Source: an uncultured Actinomycetota bacterium (GTDB taxonomy: Bacteria > Actinomycetota > Actinomycetes > JAHEKZ01). Taken from it: a stretch of 64,000 bases of DNA. The notes beneath the pieces are model-generated. The model was not told the DNA's origin. It saw only the letters and a program-made list of their open reading frames with translations, and did no database searches. Location of the stretch: NCBI GenBank assembly GCA_963718235.1, contig CAVQYR010000001.1, positions 288,001-352,000 of the forward strand, written 5' to 3'. The position numbers and the translations under genes are program-made. Positions 20,504-31,164 of the stretch are shown here, piece by piece. The number at the start of each line of letters is the position of its first letter. The first letter of the stretch is position 1.

Positions 20504-20620
20504 GTGGGGAGCCTGTTGGTGTATGTCGCGATCACGGCGCTTTGGGTAGCGATCGCGATCGGGGTAGTGGCCGCTACTCGCTGGGGCGTTCAATCGATCC
20601 GCGCACGTGGTCGGACCTGA
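20504..20620 (+). CDS. Putative 38-aa leaderless single-TM small protein
   Basis: MGSLLVYVAITALWVAIAIGVVAATRWGVQSIRARGRT; TAGCGT -10 element 7 nt before GTG. Confidence 0.45.
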   Translation: MGSLLVYVAITALWVAIAIGVVAATRWGVQSIRARGRT

Positions 20621-20963
20621 GTCGCCCGCGCATTGGTCAAGACTTCGTCAAGACGGCCCGGTCGGGGTTGCACGAGGGAAAACCGACGGCAACGCTGAAC
20701 CAGGTCCGGGCGCCACTGCATCCCCCGTCGGTGGCGCCCGGACCTCTGCTCTGTCGGCACCCCCGATCGAGCAGCGAGCCACTTGGCAGCGGCGACCCTC
20801 CCGACCAGCCAGTGACGCAGTCGCACCAGACTTCTGCTTGCCGGCCCGGGGTCACCGGACCTCAGCACGGCGGGCCTGCCGTGAAGTCGACGATGGTCGG
20901 GCCCGGCGCCGCGGGGTCGGTCGATACCCTGGGCCGACCTCTCCTCCCGATGATGGACCTGCC

Positions 20964-21470
20964 GTGACCTTGTCGCTCGACCTCGACCCCTCCCTCACCG
21001 CTCTGCTCGCGATCATCGGGGCGGCCGCCGGCGTGATCGCCCTGCTGCTTGCCGTCGTCGCTCTGGCGAAGATCCGAAGGCTGCGCCGGTCGTACTCGGT
21101 GCTGCAGGGCAACGGCAACGCTGAGTCGTTCGTCCAGGTCGTGGAGCGCAAGACGGCCGAGGTGGAGCAGCTGCAGCTCCAGGTCGAGGACCACGCGCGC
21201 CACGTCGAGGCGCTGCGGGTAGACCTCCATGACGCGATTCGCCATGTTGCGGTCGTGCGCTACGACGCGTTCAACGACATGGGCGGGCGGATGTCCTTCA
21301 CCGCGGCCATGCTCGACGACGGCGGTGACGGCCTGGTCATCACCTCCATCAACGGACGTACCGAGACGCGCACCTACGCCAAGGGGATCAAGGCAGGAAC
21401 GAGTGAGGCCTCACTGTCCCCTGAGGAGGAGCAGGCCGTCAGCTACGCGCGACGCGCCCCGGCCTCCTAG
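20964..21470 (+). CDS. DUF4446 family membrane-anchored protein
   Basis: N-terminal TM; [36 protein letters not shown]. Confidence 0.85.
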   Translation: MTLSLDLDPSLTALLAIIGAAAGVIALLLAVVALAKIRRLRRSYSVLQGNGNAESFVQVVERKTAEVEQLQLQVEDHARHVEALRVDLHDAIRHVAVVRYDAFNDMGGRMSFTAAMLDDGGDGLVITSINGRTETRTYAKGIKAGTSEASLSPEEEQAVSYARRAPAS

Positions 21471-21496
21471 CGGACCGGGTCGAGACAGGAGCACCG

Positions 21497-22507
21497 ATGC
21501 AGGACGACGACACCCGACCTGGGCCGCAGACCGCCGGCCTGGGGGAGCCCCGCAACGTGCACGGAGACGTCACCGCGCAGGTCGACGCACTTCGGGTGCC
21601 CCGGTTCGCCGGGTTCAGCACGTTCGCCCGGCTGCCCCGGCTGGAAGACGTCGACCGCTTCGACATCGCTGTGGTCGGGGTGCCGTTCGACTCGGGGGTC
21701 TCCTACCGTCCCGGAGCCCGTTTCGGTCCAGGGGCGATCCGCCAGGGCTCTCGGCTGCTCCGGGCCTACAACCCGGCCCTCGGTGTCGCACCCTTCCGCG
21801 ACCTGCAGGTGGTCGACGCCGGTGACGTGGCGGTCAACCCGTTCGACATCGAGCAGGCCCTCGCCCAGACCCAGGAGGGCCTGGCCGAGCTCTCGTCGGG
21901 GGGCCGACCCGTCGTCACTCTCGGGGGTGACCACACCATCGCGCTGCCTGCCCTGCGGGCCATGCACGCGCAGTACGGGCCGATCGCGCTGGTCCACTTC
22001 GACGCCCATCTCGACACCTGGGACACCTACTTCGGCGCGCCCTACACGCACGGAACGCCGTTCCGCCGGGCCTGGGAGGAGGGCCTCCTCGACCCGGACC
22101 ACACCATGCATGTCGGGATCCGGGGGCCGTTGTACTCCGAGGACGACCTCACCGACGACGCCGGCATGGGCTTCTCGATCGTGCATGCCCGCGAGCTGGA
22201 GGAGCTGAGCGTTCGTGAGGTGGTCCAGCGGATCCGGGCCCGGGTGGCCGACGCGCCGGTGTACCTGTCGGTCGACATCGACGTGCTGGACCCGGCCCAC
22301 GCGCCCGGTACCGGAACCCCGGAGGCTGGTGGGCTGACCAGTCGTGAGCTGCTCGGGATCATCCGTGGCTTCGACGGTGCACACGTGGTCGGCGCCGACG
22401 TCGTCGAGGTGTCACCCGCGTACGACCATGCCGAGATCACCTCGATCGCGGCGGCCAACGTCGCCTACGAGTACGTCTCGCTTTTCGCCAAGAACGCCCG
22501 CAGCTAG
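21497..22507 (+). CDS. speB: Agmatinase / guanidinobutyrase (ureohydrolase)
   Basis: [35 protein letters not shown]. Confidence 0.9.
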   Translation: MQDDDTRPGPQTAGLGEPRNVHGDVTAQVDALRVPRFAGFSTFARLPRLEDVDRFDIAVVGVPFDSGVSYRPGARFGPGAIRQGSRLLRAYNPALGVAPFRDLQVVDAGDVAVNPFDIEQALAQTQEGLAELSSGGRPVVTLGGDHTIALPALRAMHAQYGPIALVHFDAHLDTWDTYFGAPYTHGTPFRRAWEEGLLDPDHTMHVGIRGPLYSEDDLTDDAGMGFSIVHARELEELSVREVVQRIRARVADAPVYLSVDIDVLDPAHAPGTGTPEAGGLTSRELLGIIRGFDGAHVVGADVVEVSPAYDHAEITSIAAANVAYEYVSLFAKNARS

Positions 22508-22541
22508 CCGGACTCAGGGGCCCGGTCGGTAGGCTCCGCAC

Positions 22542-23492
22542 GTGTCCGAGCCGCCCCTGCCCACCTACGCCTACCTGGGCCCCGCGGGCACGTTCACCGA
22601 GGCGGCGCTGCTGGGCTGGCTCGACGGGCGAACCGCCGACCTGGTGCCCTGCACTACGGTCGACGTCGCCCTCCACTCCGTGCGCACTGGGGACGTCGAC
22701 GGCGCGATGGTCCCGCTGGAGAACTCGGTGGAGGGCTCGGTCAGCGCCACGCTCGACGCCCTGGCCAGCGGTGGCCCACTCGTGATCACCGCCGAGGCGC
22801 AGGTCCCGGTGTCGTTCGCGCTCATGGCGGCACCCGGCACGCTGCTGGACGACGTGCGGGCGGTGACCACGCATCCGCATGCCGAGGCGCAGTGCCGCAG
22901 CTGGCTCACCGAGCACCTGCCCGAGGCCCGGCTGCTCCCCGCCGCGTCGACGGCGGCGGCTGCGGCCTCCGTGGGCGACCCGGCCCGAGGGACCGAGGTC
23001 GGCCTGGCGGCGATCGCGGCTCCGCTGGCCGCGGAGGTCTACGGCCTGGACGTGCTGGCGGCCGGTGTCGGCGACAACCCTTCGGCGGAGACCCGGTTCG
23101 TGCTCGTGCGCCGGCCATGCGCACCGGAGCCGGCCACCGGCTCGGACAAGACCTCCCTCGTGCTGTTCATCGGTGAGGACCACCCGGGGGCCCTGCTGGA
23201 GATCCTGACCGAGTTCGCGGTACGCGGGGTGAACCTCACCCGGATCGAGTCCCGTCCCACCGGCGGTGGCATCGGCGACTACTTCTTCTCCGTCGACATC
23301 GAGGGCCACGTCGACGACGCCCGGGTGGGGGAGGCGATGACCGGGCTGCGGCGGGTGTGCGCGGAGGTGCGCTACCTGGGCTCCTACCCGCGCAGCGACC
23401 GCGCCCGACCCCACCTCAGGCGCGGGGTCACCGACGAGGAGTTCCGCGAGGCGCAGGCCTGGCTGGCCCGGGTCCGCGAGGGGCGGGGCTGA
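22542..23492 (+). CDS. pheA: Prephenate dehydratase
   Basis: YLGPAGTFTE, PLENSVEG, TRF, ACT domain NLTRIESRP. Confidence 0.95.
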   Translation: MSEPPLPTYAYLGPAGTFTEAALLGWLDGRTADLVPCTTVDVALHSVRTGDVDGAMVPLENSVEGSVSATLDALASGGPLVITAEAQVPVSFALMAAPGTLLDDVRAVTTHPHAEAQCRSWLTEHLPEARLLPAASTAAAAASVGDPARGTEVGLAAIAAPLAAEVYGLDVLAAGVGDNPSAETRFVLVRRPCAPEPATGSDKTSLVLFIGEDHPGALLEILTEFAVRGVNLTRIESRPTGGGIGDYFFSVDIEGHVDDARVGEAMTGLRRVCAEVRYLGSYPRSDRARPHLRRGVTDEEFREAQAWLARVREGRG

Positions 23493-23618
23493 ACCACGGG
23501 GCTGGACCACGGGGCTGGACCACGGGGCTGGACCACGGGGCTGGACCACGGGGCTGAACCACGGGGCTGGACCACGGGGCTGGACCACGGGGCTGGACCA
23601 CGGGGCTGGACCACGGGG
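23484..23618 (+). repeat. 13-bp tandem repeat x10 (CGGGGCTGGACCA)
   Basis: Ten units from 23484; units 1 and 6 are the GAACCA variant; first unit contains the pheA stop. Confidence 0.95.
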
Positions 23619-23664
23619 TGGGCCGGGGCCTACAGATCCCCTCCGATCGGGCCGATCACGTGTC

Positions 23665-25671
23665 GTGCGACGTTTCTCCCTGATGACAACGTTCGCTGTT
23701 GTCAGCCTGTCGACAACGGCTGTCCTCGCGATCGCCCTCACCTGGCTGTTCGCCACCACGCTGCAGAGACAGGCCCGCGAGGACGGTATCTCGATGGCCG
23801 AGACGTTCGTCACCGTCGGCGTCCAGGAGAAGATCACCAACACCACGGCGGCCTCCTTCTGGACCGATCCCCTGGACGCCCAACGGATGGCGAACTCGGG
23901 CTCCCTCGACGGCCTCGCTCGAGGGGCCAACCAGCAGTCCCTGGACTCGTTGAACCTGTACACCCGCGATGGTGCCCTGCTGTGGACCAGCACCGGCGAC
24001 ACCGTGCACGGGCCTTCGGCGCGCCTGGGGTCCTTCATGACCGCGGTGAAGACGGTGCGCCCGGTGTCGGAGCTGCGGGACGGCGAGAGCGGACCGGTCC
24101 TGTCGGTCTACGTGCCGGTGACCTACGGGGACTCCTACGCGGGCGTCTACGGGGTCGCCGAGGTGAACCTCCCCTGGGGTGACACCCAGGCCCTCGTGCG
24201 CAACTCCACGATCACCGTGGCCGCGCTCACCCTGACCGTGCTCCTGCTGGCGTGGCTCCTGCTCTACCGCACCGTGCACCGGGCCAGCACGAGGCTGCGG
24301 CAGCAGGCGCTGGACAACGAGCGCCTCGCTCTGCACGACCCGCTGACCGGGCTCCCGAACCGGCGACTTCTGGCCGACCGGCTGGAGCGAGCGATCGTGT
24401 CGAGCACTCGCGGCACCGAGCACGTGGCTTTGATGATCTTGGACGTCGACCGGTTCAAAGAGGTCAACGACACTCTCGGCCACGACCGTGGAGACGCACT
24501 GCTCGTCGAGGTCTCCGAGCGGGTCGCCACCGTCCTGCGCGACGCCGACACGGTGGCCCGGCTGGGCGGTGACGAGTTCGCCGTCCTCGCCCCTCGGGTC
24601 GCGTCGGTGGAGGACGCGGAGCGGCTGGCCCGCCGGGTGCGCTCGGTCTTCGACAAGCCGTTCTTGCTGGGAGACCTGGTGCTGCACGTCGAGTCGAGCG
24701 TGGGCGTCGCCGTCCTGCCCGACCACGCCGACGACGGCATCGAGCTCATGCAGCGTGCGGACATCGCGATGTACGCCGCCAAGCAGGGCCACCTCGGGGT
24801 GGTCGTGTACAACCCGGTCGACGACGGCAGCAGCACCGAACGGCTCCTCCTGCTGGGAGACCTGCGCAGCGCACTCGGCACCGGACAGCTCACCGTCCAC
24901 TACCAGCCCAAGGTGAACCTGGGGTCCGGTCAGGTGGTCGGCACCGAGGCGCTGCTGCGCTGGCAGCACCCGACCCGCGGGAACATCCCGCCCAACGACT
25001 TCATCCCGCTGGCCGAGCGGACCGGCCTCATCCACGGGCTCACCCGCTACGTGCTCGAGCTGGTCGTCGTCCAGATGGGTGAGTGGGACAACGAGCGCAC
25101 CGACTTCGCGCACCTGCCCGTCGCGGTCAACCTGTCGGCGCGCAACCTGGTGGAGCCGTCGTTCGCAGACTTCGTCGAGGACCTGCTGGCCAGTCACGAC
25201 ATCGCGCCTGAGCGCCTCGAGCTCGAGGTCACCGAGAGCGCGCTGATCGAGGACCCGGTCCGCAGTCACGCCATGCTGAACCGCCTGGCCTCGATGGGCG
25301 TGACCATCGCGGTCGACGACTTCGGCACCGGCTACACGTCGATGGCCCAGCTCGAGCAGATGCCGTTGAAGACGCTGAAGATCGACCGCTCCTTCGTGGT
25401 CCGGATGATCGAGGACCCCAACGGCGCCACCCTGGTCCGGGCGATCGTCGAGCTCGCGCACGAGTTCGGGCTCGAGGTCGTGGCCGAGGGGGTCGAGGAC
25501 GAAGAGGTGACTGCCCGGCTGCGGGAGATGGGCTGCGACGTCGGACAGGGGTTCCTCTGGTCTCGACCGGTCCCGTCGTCTGAGCTCGCGACGGTCATGC
25601 TGGCCCTGTCGTTTCGCCGCGCGGCCTCGGAGGTCGTCGACCCGGCCGCAGTCGGCTCGACCCACGCCTAG
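23665..25671 (+). CDS. Membrane GGDEF-EAL diguanylate cyclase/phosphodiesterase
   Basis: Two TMs, DPLTGLPNR, RLGGDEF, EALLRW, DDFGTGY. Confidence 0.95.
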   Translation: MRRFSLMTTFAVVSLSTTAVLAIALTWLFATTLQRQAREDGISMAETFVTVGVQEKITNTTAASFWTDPLDAQRMANSGSLDGLARGANQQSLDSLNLYTRDGALLWTSTGDTVHGPSARLGSFMTAVKTVRPVSELRDGESGPVLSVYVPVTYGDSYAGVYGVAEVNLPWGDTQALVRNSTITVAALTLTVLLLAWLLLYRTVHRASTRLRQQALDNERLALHDPLTGLPNRRLLADRLERAIVSSTRGTEHVALMILDVDRFKEVNDTLGHDRGDALLVEVSERVATVLRDADTVARLGGDEFAVLAPRVASVEDAERLARRVRSVFDKPFLLGDLVLHVESSVGVAVLPDHADDGIELMQRADIAMYAAKQGHLGVVVYNPVDDGSSTERLLLLGDLRSALGTGQLTVHYQPKVNLGSGQVVGTEALLRWQHPTRGNIPPNDFIPLAERTGLIHGLTRYVLELVVVQMGEWDNERTDFAHLPVAVNLSARNLVEPSFADFVEDLLASHDIAPERLELEVTESALIEDPVRSHAMLNRLASMGVTIAVDDFGTGYTSMAQLEQMPLKTLKIDRSFVVRMIEDPNGATLVRAIVELAHEFGLEVVAEGVEDEEVTARLREMGCDVGQGFLWSRPVPSSELATVMLALSFRRAASEVVDPAAVGSTHA

Positions 25672-25693
25672 CTGGTCTCGCTAGGCTTCGAGG

Positions 25694-26959
25694 GTGCTGG
25701 ACCTACGTGCCCTTCGTGAAGACCCCGACGCCGTGCGGGCGTCGCAGGCGGCCCGGGGCGAGGATCCCTCCCTGGTCGACGTCGTCCTGGCAGCCGACGA
25801 GCGTCGTCGAGCGGCGGTGTCCCGGTTCGACGGCCTGAGGGCCGAGCAGAAGTCCCTGGGCAAACAGGTGGCCACGGCGACAGGAGCCGACAAGGAGGCG
25901 CTGCTCGCCCGGGCCAAGCAGCTCAGCGCCGACGTCAAGGCCGCCGAGGTCGACCAGAGTGGCGCCGAGGCCGAGCTCCGCGCTGCGTCGCTGGAGCTGT
26001 CGAACCTCGTCGAGCCCGGGGTGCCCGTCGGCTCGGAGGACGACTTCGCTGTGCTCGAGCGGGTGGGAGAGCCGCGCGACTTCGCCGCGGAGGGGTTCGA
26101 GCCGCTCGACCACGTCGAGCTGGGCGAGCGGCTCCACGCGATCGACATCGCCCGCGGGGCCAAGGTGTCCGGAGCCCGCTTCTACTACCTCACCGGCCCC
26201 GGTGCCCTGCTGGAGCTGGCGCTGGTCAACCTCGCCGTGCAGCAGGCGGTGTCCCACGGTTTCACGCCCATGGTCACACCGGTCCTGGTCAAGCCCGCTG
26301 CGATGGAGGGGACGGGGTTCCTCGGCCAGGCGGCGGAGAACGTGTTCGCCCTTCCCGAAGACGACTTCTACCTGGTCGGGACCTCCGAGGTGCCCTTGGC
26401 GGCCTACCACCTCGACGAGATCCTCGACGGTGCCACCCTGCCGTTGCGCTACGCCGGGCTTTCCACCTGCTTTCGCCGGGAGGCCGGCTCCTACGGCAAG
26501 GACACCCGCGGCATCATCCGGGTGCACCAGTTCGACAAGGTCGAGATGTTCACCTTCTGTGCCCCCGAGGACGCCGCGGCCGAGCACCGGCGCCTGCTGG
26601 GCTGGGAGCGGGAGTTCCTCGACTCCCTCGGCCTTCCCTACCGGATCATCGACGTGGCCTCCGGCGACCTGGGCTCGAGCGCGGCCCGCAAGTTCGACTG
26701 TGAGGCGTGGATCCCCACCCAGGGCAGGTACCGCGAGGTCACCTCGACGTCGAACTGCACCACCTTCCAGTCCCGTCGGCTCAACGTGCGTGCGCGCACC
26801 GGCGACACCATCGGCCCGGTGGCCACGCTCAACGGCACGCTGGTGGCCATCCCGCGGGTGATCGTGGCGATCCTGGAGAACTTCCAGCAGGCCGACGGGT
26901 CGGTGGTCGTCCCGCAGCCCCTGCGGGCCACGGTCGGCACCGACGTCCTGCGCCCCTGA
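25694..26959 (+). CDS. serS: Serine--tRNA ligase
   Basis: [39 protein letters not shown]. Confidence 0.97.
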   Translation: MLDLRALREDPDAVRASQAARGEDPSLVDVVLAADERRRAAVSRFDGLRAEQKSLGKQVATATGADKEALLARAKQLSADVKAAEVDQSGAEAELRAASLELSNLVEPGVPVGSEDDFAVLERVGEPRDFAAEGFEPLDHVELGERLHAIDIARGAKVSGARFYYLTGPGALLELALVNLAVQQAVSHGFTPMVTPVLVKPAAMEGTGFLGQAAENVFALPEDDFYLVGTSEVPLAAYHLDEILDGATLPLRYAGLSTCFRREAGSYGKDTRGIIRVHQFDKVEMFTFCAPEDAAAEHRRLLGWEREFLDSLGLPYRIIDVASGDLGSSAARKFDCEAWIPTQGRYREVTSTSNCTTFQSRRLNVRARTGDTIGPVATLNGTLVAIPRVIVAILENFQQADGSVVVPQPLRATVGTDVLRP

Positions 26960-27005
26960 CCGCCGACGATCAGATCGGCAGTGGATGGGTCCGAGGGGGT
27001 CCCGG

Positions 27006-28361
27006 TCAGACCGCGGGGATCGTCTCCAGGGCAGCGGCGAACCGGGCCTCACTGACCTCCTCGTCGACCATGCGTGAGGTCAGGTAGGCGTCGTAGGCAG
27101 CCATGTCGAAGTGGCCGTGGCCGCACAGCGCCGTGAGGATCACCTTCTCCTCACCGGACTCCTTGCACCGCAGCGCCTCGCGCACGGTCTCGGCCAGCGC
27201 GTGGGTGGGCTCGGGGGCCGGCACGATCCCTTCGGTGCGGGCGAACTGAACGCCCGCCTCGAAGCACTCAGTCTGCGGAATGGCCACCGCATCCATCAGA
27301 CCGAGCTCGTAGACGTGTGAGATCAGCGGTGCCATGCCGTGGTAGCGCAGTCCGCCGGCGTGGATCGGGTCGGGGACGAAGTCGTGGCCCAGCGTGTGCA
27401 TCTTCATGAGCGGGGTCATGCCGGCGGTGTCACCGAAGTCGTAGGCGTAGCGACCGTGGGTCAGCGAAGGGCACGATGTGGGCTCGACCGCCCGGATCTG
27501 CGGGTCCATCGCCCCGGCCAGCTTCTCGCGCAGGAACGGGAAGGCCAGGCCGGCGAAGTTCGACCCGCCGCCGGTGCACCCGACGATGAAGTCGGGCACC
27601 TCATCGACCTTGGCGAGCTGCTTGAGGGCCTCTTCTCCGATGATCGTCTGGTGCAGCAGCACGTGGTTGAGCACGCTGCCGAGGGCGTACTTCGTCTCCG
27701 GGTCGCCGGCCGCGACCTCCACGGCCTCGCTGATCGCGATGCCGAGCGAACCCGGGTGGTGTGGGTCTTCGGCGAGGAAGCGCCGTCCGGCCTCGGTCAG
27801 GTTCGAGGGCGAGCGGTGCACGGTGCCCCCGAAGGTCTCGATGATCGTGCGCCGGAACGGCTTCTGGTCGTACGACGCCCCGACCTGCCAGACCTCGCAC
27901 TCCATGCCGAACATCGAGCACGCCAGCGCCAGCGCGGTACCCCACTGGCCGGCTCCGGTCTCGGTGGTCAGCTTCCGGACGCCTGCCTTGGCGTTGTAGA
28001 AGGCCTGGGGGACGGCGGTGTTCGGCTTGTGCGAGCCGGCGGGGGAGACGCCCTCGTACTTGTAGTAGATCCGAGCGGGCGTGCCCAGGGCCGCCTCGAG
28101 CCGGTGGGCCCGGTACAGGGGTGACGGCCGCCACAGCCGGTAGATGTCCTGCACCTCGTCGGGGATGTCGATGTACCGGTCGGACGAGACCTCTTGCAGG
28201 ATCAGGTCCATCGGGAACAACGGCGCGAGGTCGTCGGGGCCGACCGGCTGCAGGGTGCCGGGATGCAACGGCGGTGGCGGGGGGCTCGGCAGGTCGGGGA
28301 TCACGTTGTACCACTGCGTGGGCATCTCGGACTCGTCGAGGAGGATCTTGTGCTGCCGCAT
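27006..28361 (-). CDS. trpB2: TrpB2-type tryptophan synthase beta chain
   Basis: GSHKPN PLP lysine, [24 protein letters not shown]. Confidence 0.92.
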   Translation of the reverse strand: MRQHKILLDESEMPTQWYNVIPDLPSPPPPPLHPGTLQPVGPDDLAPLFPMDLILQEVSSDRYIDIPDEVQDIYRLWRPSPLYRAHRLEAALGTPARIYYKYEGVSPAGSHKPNTAVPQAFYNAKAGVRKLTTETGAGQWGTALALACSMFGMECEVWQVGASYDQKPFRRTIIETFGGTVHRSPSNLTEAGRRFLAEDPHHPGSLGIAISEAVEVAAGDPETKYALGSVLNHVLLHQTIIGEEALKQLAKVDEVPDFIVGCTGGGSNFAGLAFPFLREKLAGAMDPQIRAVEPTSCPSLTHGRYAYDFGDTAGMTPLMKMHTLGHDFVPDPIHAGGLRYHGMAPLISHVYELGLMDAVAIPQTECFEAGVQFARTEGIVPAPEPTHALAETVREALRCKESGEEKVILTALCGHGHFDMAAYDAYLTSRMVDEEVSEARFAAALETIPAV

Positions 28362-28460
28362 CGAGGGCGCTCCCGGAGATCATGGGCGTCATGAGGCCTG
28401 GACCGGCCCCAGGTGCCATCTTGCCCGTGTTCGGTGGCGTTGGGGAGGGAGGATGGTCCG

Positions 28461-29249
28461 GTGATCCGACTGGTGGCCACCGACCTCGACGGCACCGTGG
28501 TGGGTCATGACGGGACGATCAGTGCCCGGACCCGGGCCGCGCTGACCGCGGTTCAGGATGCCGGGCTGCGCCTGGTGTTCGTCACCGGTCGACCACCACG
28601 CTGGATGCAGCAGGTCGCCGACGCCACCGGCCACCGCGGGCTGGCCGTGTGCGCCAACGGGGCCTACGTCTACGACCTGCACGCCGAGACGGTGGTCGGG
28701 TCGTTCCCGCTGGCGGCCGACCGGGCGCTGGAGGTCGTCCACCGGCTGCGGACGGTGCTGCCCGACGCGGGGTTCGGCGTGGAACGGGCCGAGGGGTTCT
28801 CCCACGACCCGGGCTACCACCCGCGCTGGGACGCCGGATCCTGGCACGTCGCCCCCATCGAGCAGCTGCTGGACCGGCCGGTCGCCAAGCTGCTCGTGCG
28901 CGACGAGACGTCGTCGGGCGACGCGATGCTCGCACTGGCCCGACCCGTCCTCGACGGGCTCGCCGACGTCACGCACTCCAACGTCAACGACTGCCTGCTC
29001 GAGGTGTCCGCCCACGGGGTGAGCAAGGCGTCCACCCTGGAGTGGCTCGCTGCGTCGTGGGGGATCCAGCGGCACGAGGTGATCGCCTTCGGCGACATGC
29101 CCAACGACGTGGCCATGCTGCGGTGGGCAGGGGTCGGCTACGCCGTGGCTGACGCGCACCCGGAGGTGCTCGCTGCCGTCGACCACGTCACGGCAGGGGT
29201 CGACGCCGACGGCGTCGCGCTCGTGCTGGAGGCCCTGCTCGCCGGCTGA
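28461..29249 (+). CDS. Cof-type HAD-IIB hydrolase
   Basis: ATDLDGT, VTGRP, SKA, FGDMPND. Confidence 0.92.
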   Translation: MIRLVATDLDGTVVGHDGTISARTRAALTAVQDAGLRLVFVTGRPPRWMQQVADATGHRGLAVCANGAYVYDLHAETVVGSFPLAADRALEVVHRLRTVLPDAGFGVERAEGFSHDPGYHPRWDAGSWHVAPIEQLLDRPVAKLLVRDETSSGDAMLALARPVLDGLADVTHSNVNDCLLEVSAHGVSKASTLEWLAASWGIQRHEVIAFGDMPNDVAMLRWAGVGYAVADAHPEVLAAVDHVTAGVDADGVALVLEALLAG

Positions 29250-29308
29250 GCCGGTCCCGGCCGGGATCCTCACTCGAATGTCAGGATCCGTCCTGGCAGG
29301 CTGGCCCG

Positions 29309-29519
29309 ATGGATCTGAACGGGTTTTCCCCGCTCGCCCAGGCCCGGCCCACCGGGCCCAGGGGCTGGGGCGGCTTCGCCCGCTACCGCGCTGTGCGGAG
29401 GGGTCGTCACCGGGCACGACTGGCGGATGCCGGAGCTGCAGGAGCGCTACGCCGGCTGGTTCTCCGGGTACCTGCAGCGGCGGATCGCCGCACTCCCGGC
29501 CACCGGGTCAGTCCACTGA
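29309..29519 (+). CDS. Possible small hypothetical protein, apparently frameshifted
   Basis: ATG 29309, and a host-like-codon segment DWRMPELQERYAGWFSGYLQRRIA ending TGA 29519 in another frame. Confidence 0.3.
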
Positions 29520-29564
29520 CGGTGCCGGGCGGGCGTGCGGTGAGCGAGGGTCAGGCCCGCTCGC

Positions 29565-30125
29565 TCACAGGTACGGGCCGCTGGTGATGTGCGGACCCGT
29601 GCTCTCCGGTTCGCTGCCCCCGTGCCCGGCCCCCGGAGGCAGCGCGGCCTGCCGTCGCATCTCCTCGAACTGAGCCCGGGCCGCCACCTGCTGGGCGAAC
29701 AGCGCCGTCTGGATCCCGTGGAAGAGGCCCTCCAGCCATCCGACCAGCTGGGCCTGGGCGATCCTCAGCTCGGCCTCCGAGGGCGTGTGGTCCTCGTCGA
29801 ACGGCAGCGACAGGCGCTCCAGCTCGTCGACGAGCTCCGGGGCCAGCCCGCTCTCCAGCTCGCCGATCGAGCGGCGGTGGATCTCCTTCAGCCGTTCGCG
29901 GCCCGCCTCGTCCAGGGGTGCCTGGCGCACCTCCTCGAGCAGCTGCTTGATCATCGTGCCGATCCGCATCACCTTGGCCGGCTGCTCGACCAGGTCGGTG
30001 ATGGTCGGCTCGCCGTCACCCTCGGTGGGAGCCGACAGCTGCCCGACCGGCTGACCGTCGGGTCCGACCACGACGACGAGGCTGTGGGCGTCGCCGGACC
30101 CGGGGTTGCTCTGCTCTGAGTTCAT
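29565..30125 (-). CDS. bpa: Bacterial proteasome activator (Bpa/PafE)
   Basis: QPAKVMRIGTMIKQLLEEVR, ELRIAQAQLVGWLEGLFHGIQ, C-terminal GPYL. Confidence 0.93.
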   Translation of the reverse strand: MNSEQSNPGSGDAHSLVVVVGPDGQPVGQLSAPTEGDGEPTITDLVEQPAKVMRIGTMIKQLLEEVRQAPLDEAGRERLKEIHRRSIGELESGLAPELVDELERLSLPFDEDHTPSEAELRIAQAQLVGWLEGLFHGIQTALFAQQVAARAQFEEMRRQAALPPGAGHGGSEPESTGPHITSGPYL

Positions 30126-30189
30126 GGCCGACATCCTCTCCCGGAAACTCGTTGGACGGCAGCCGGGGGTGGCGGCACTGTGGCCTCTC

Positions 30190-31164
30190 GTGGCTCACTC
30201 ACTTCCGGCAGGCTTCTCGGCCAGACCCGCGACTCCCGGCGACGTCGACCCGATCATGGGGCTGATGGCAGCCTCGGCGATGGCCGCAGTGGGCGTCGCC
30301 GACGTCACCCGAGACGAGGTCGAGTCCGACCTCGCCACCCCGGGCCTGGACCTCGCGCACGACTCCTGGCTGGTGCACGACCGCTCAGGTGCAGTAGGCG
30401 CGTTCGGGTTCGCCCTCGACGACGGCTCCGAGCGGGTGTTCGTCGACGTCTACCTGCACCCCGACCACGACGACGCCACCTACCGCGAGGTCGGCGGTTG
30501 GTTGATGGACCAGGGCCTCGCCCGGCTGCAGGTGAGGCTGGAGGGCTCGAAGCGGCCATCGGCCGTCGTGGGCTCGGGCTGCTACCGCTCCGAGCGTCGT
30601 CAGGCCGGTCTGCTCGTGGGCACGGGTATGGCGTGGGACCGGACGTTCTGGCGCATGCACAAGGACCTCAGCACCGCCGACACCGACCCGGTCGAGCTCC
30701 CACCGGCGGTGCGGGTCCGCCTCATCGACTTCGCCCGGGAGAGCGATCGGCTCGCCGCGCACCGGATCTCCAACGACGCCTTCCGTGAGCACCACGGGTT
30801 CGTCGAGGTCGCTGCGGACGACTTCTGGAAGGAGGCCGAGCGACCCCCGCTGTTCGACCCGACCCAGTGGTGGTTGGCGGAGGTCGACGGCGAGCCGGCT
30901 GGCCTTCTCATCGGCGACGAGAGCCGGGCCGAGATCGGTATCGGCTACGTGCGCCTGCTGGGCGTGCTGTCGCAGTTCCGCGGCCGAGGCGTGGCGAAGG
31001 CGTTGCTGCGTACGGCCTGGGCCGACTTCGCCGGCCGCGGTCGGACTGCGACCGAGCTCGGGGTCGACAGCGAGAACAGCACCGGCGCCACCGCGCTCTA
31101 CGAGTCGGTCGGCATGGCTCCGACGCTGGTCATCGACTTCTATGTGCTGACGCTGCGGGCGTGA
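30190..31164 (+). CDS. Tandem-domain GNAT acetyltransferase
   Basis: LGV..QFRGRGVAKALL, LGVDSENSTGATALYESVGM. Confidence 0.85.
   Translation: MAHSLPAGFSARPATPGDVDPIMGLMAASAMAAVGVADVTRDEVESDLATPGLDLAHDSWLVHDRSGAVGAFGFALDDGSERVFVDVYLHPDHDDATYREVGGWLMDQGLARLQVRLEGSKRPSAVVGSGCYRSERRQAGLLVGTGMAWDRTFWRMHKDLSTADTDPVELPPAVRVRLIDFARESDRLAAHRISNDAFREHHGFVEVAADDFWKEAERPPLFDPTQWWLAEVDGEPAGLLIGDESRAEIGIGYVRLLGVLSQFRGRGVAKALLRTAWADFAGRGRTATELGVDSENSTGATALYESVGMAPTLVIDFYVLTLRA

Noticed and set aside
23484-23618. CRISPR array
   Set aside because: Contiguous 13-bp units with no spacers and no cas genes
29565-29579. Bpa C-terminal GPYL instead of GQYL as a functional novelty
   Set aside because: The penultimate Tyr and terminal Leu are retained; probably normal variation
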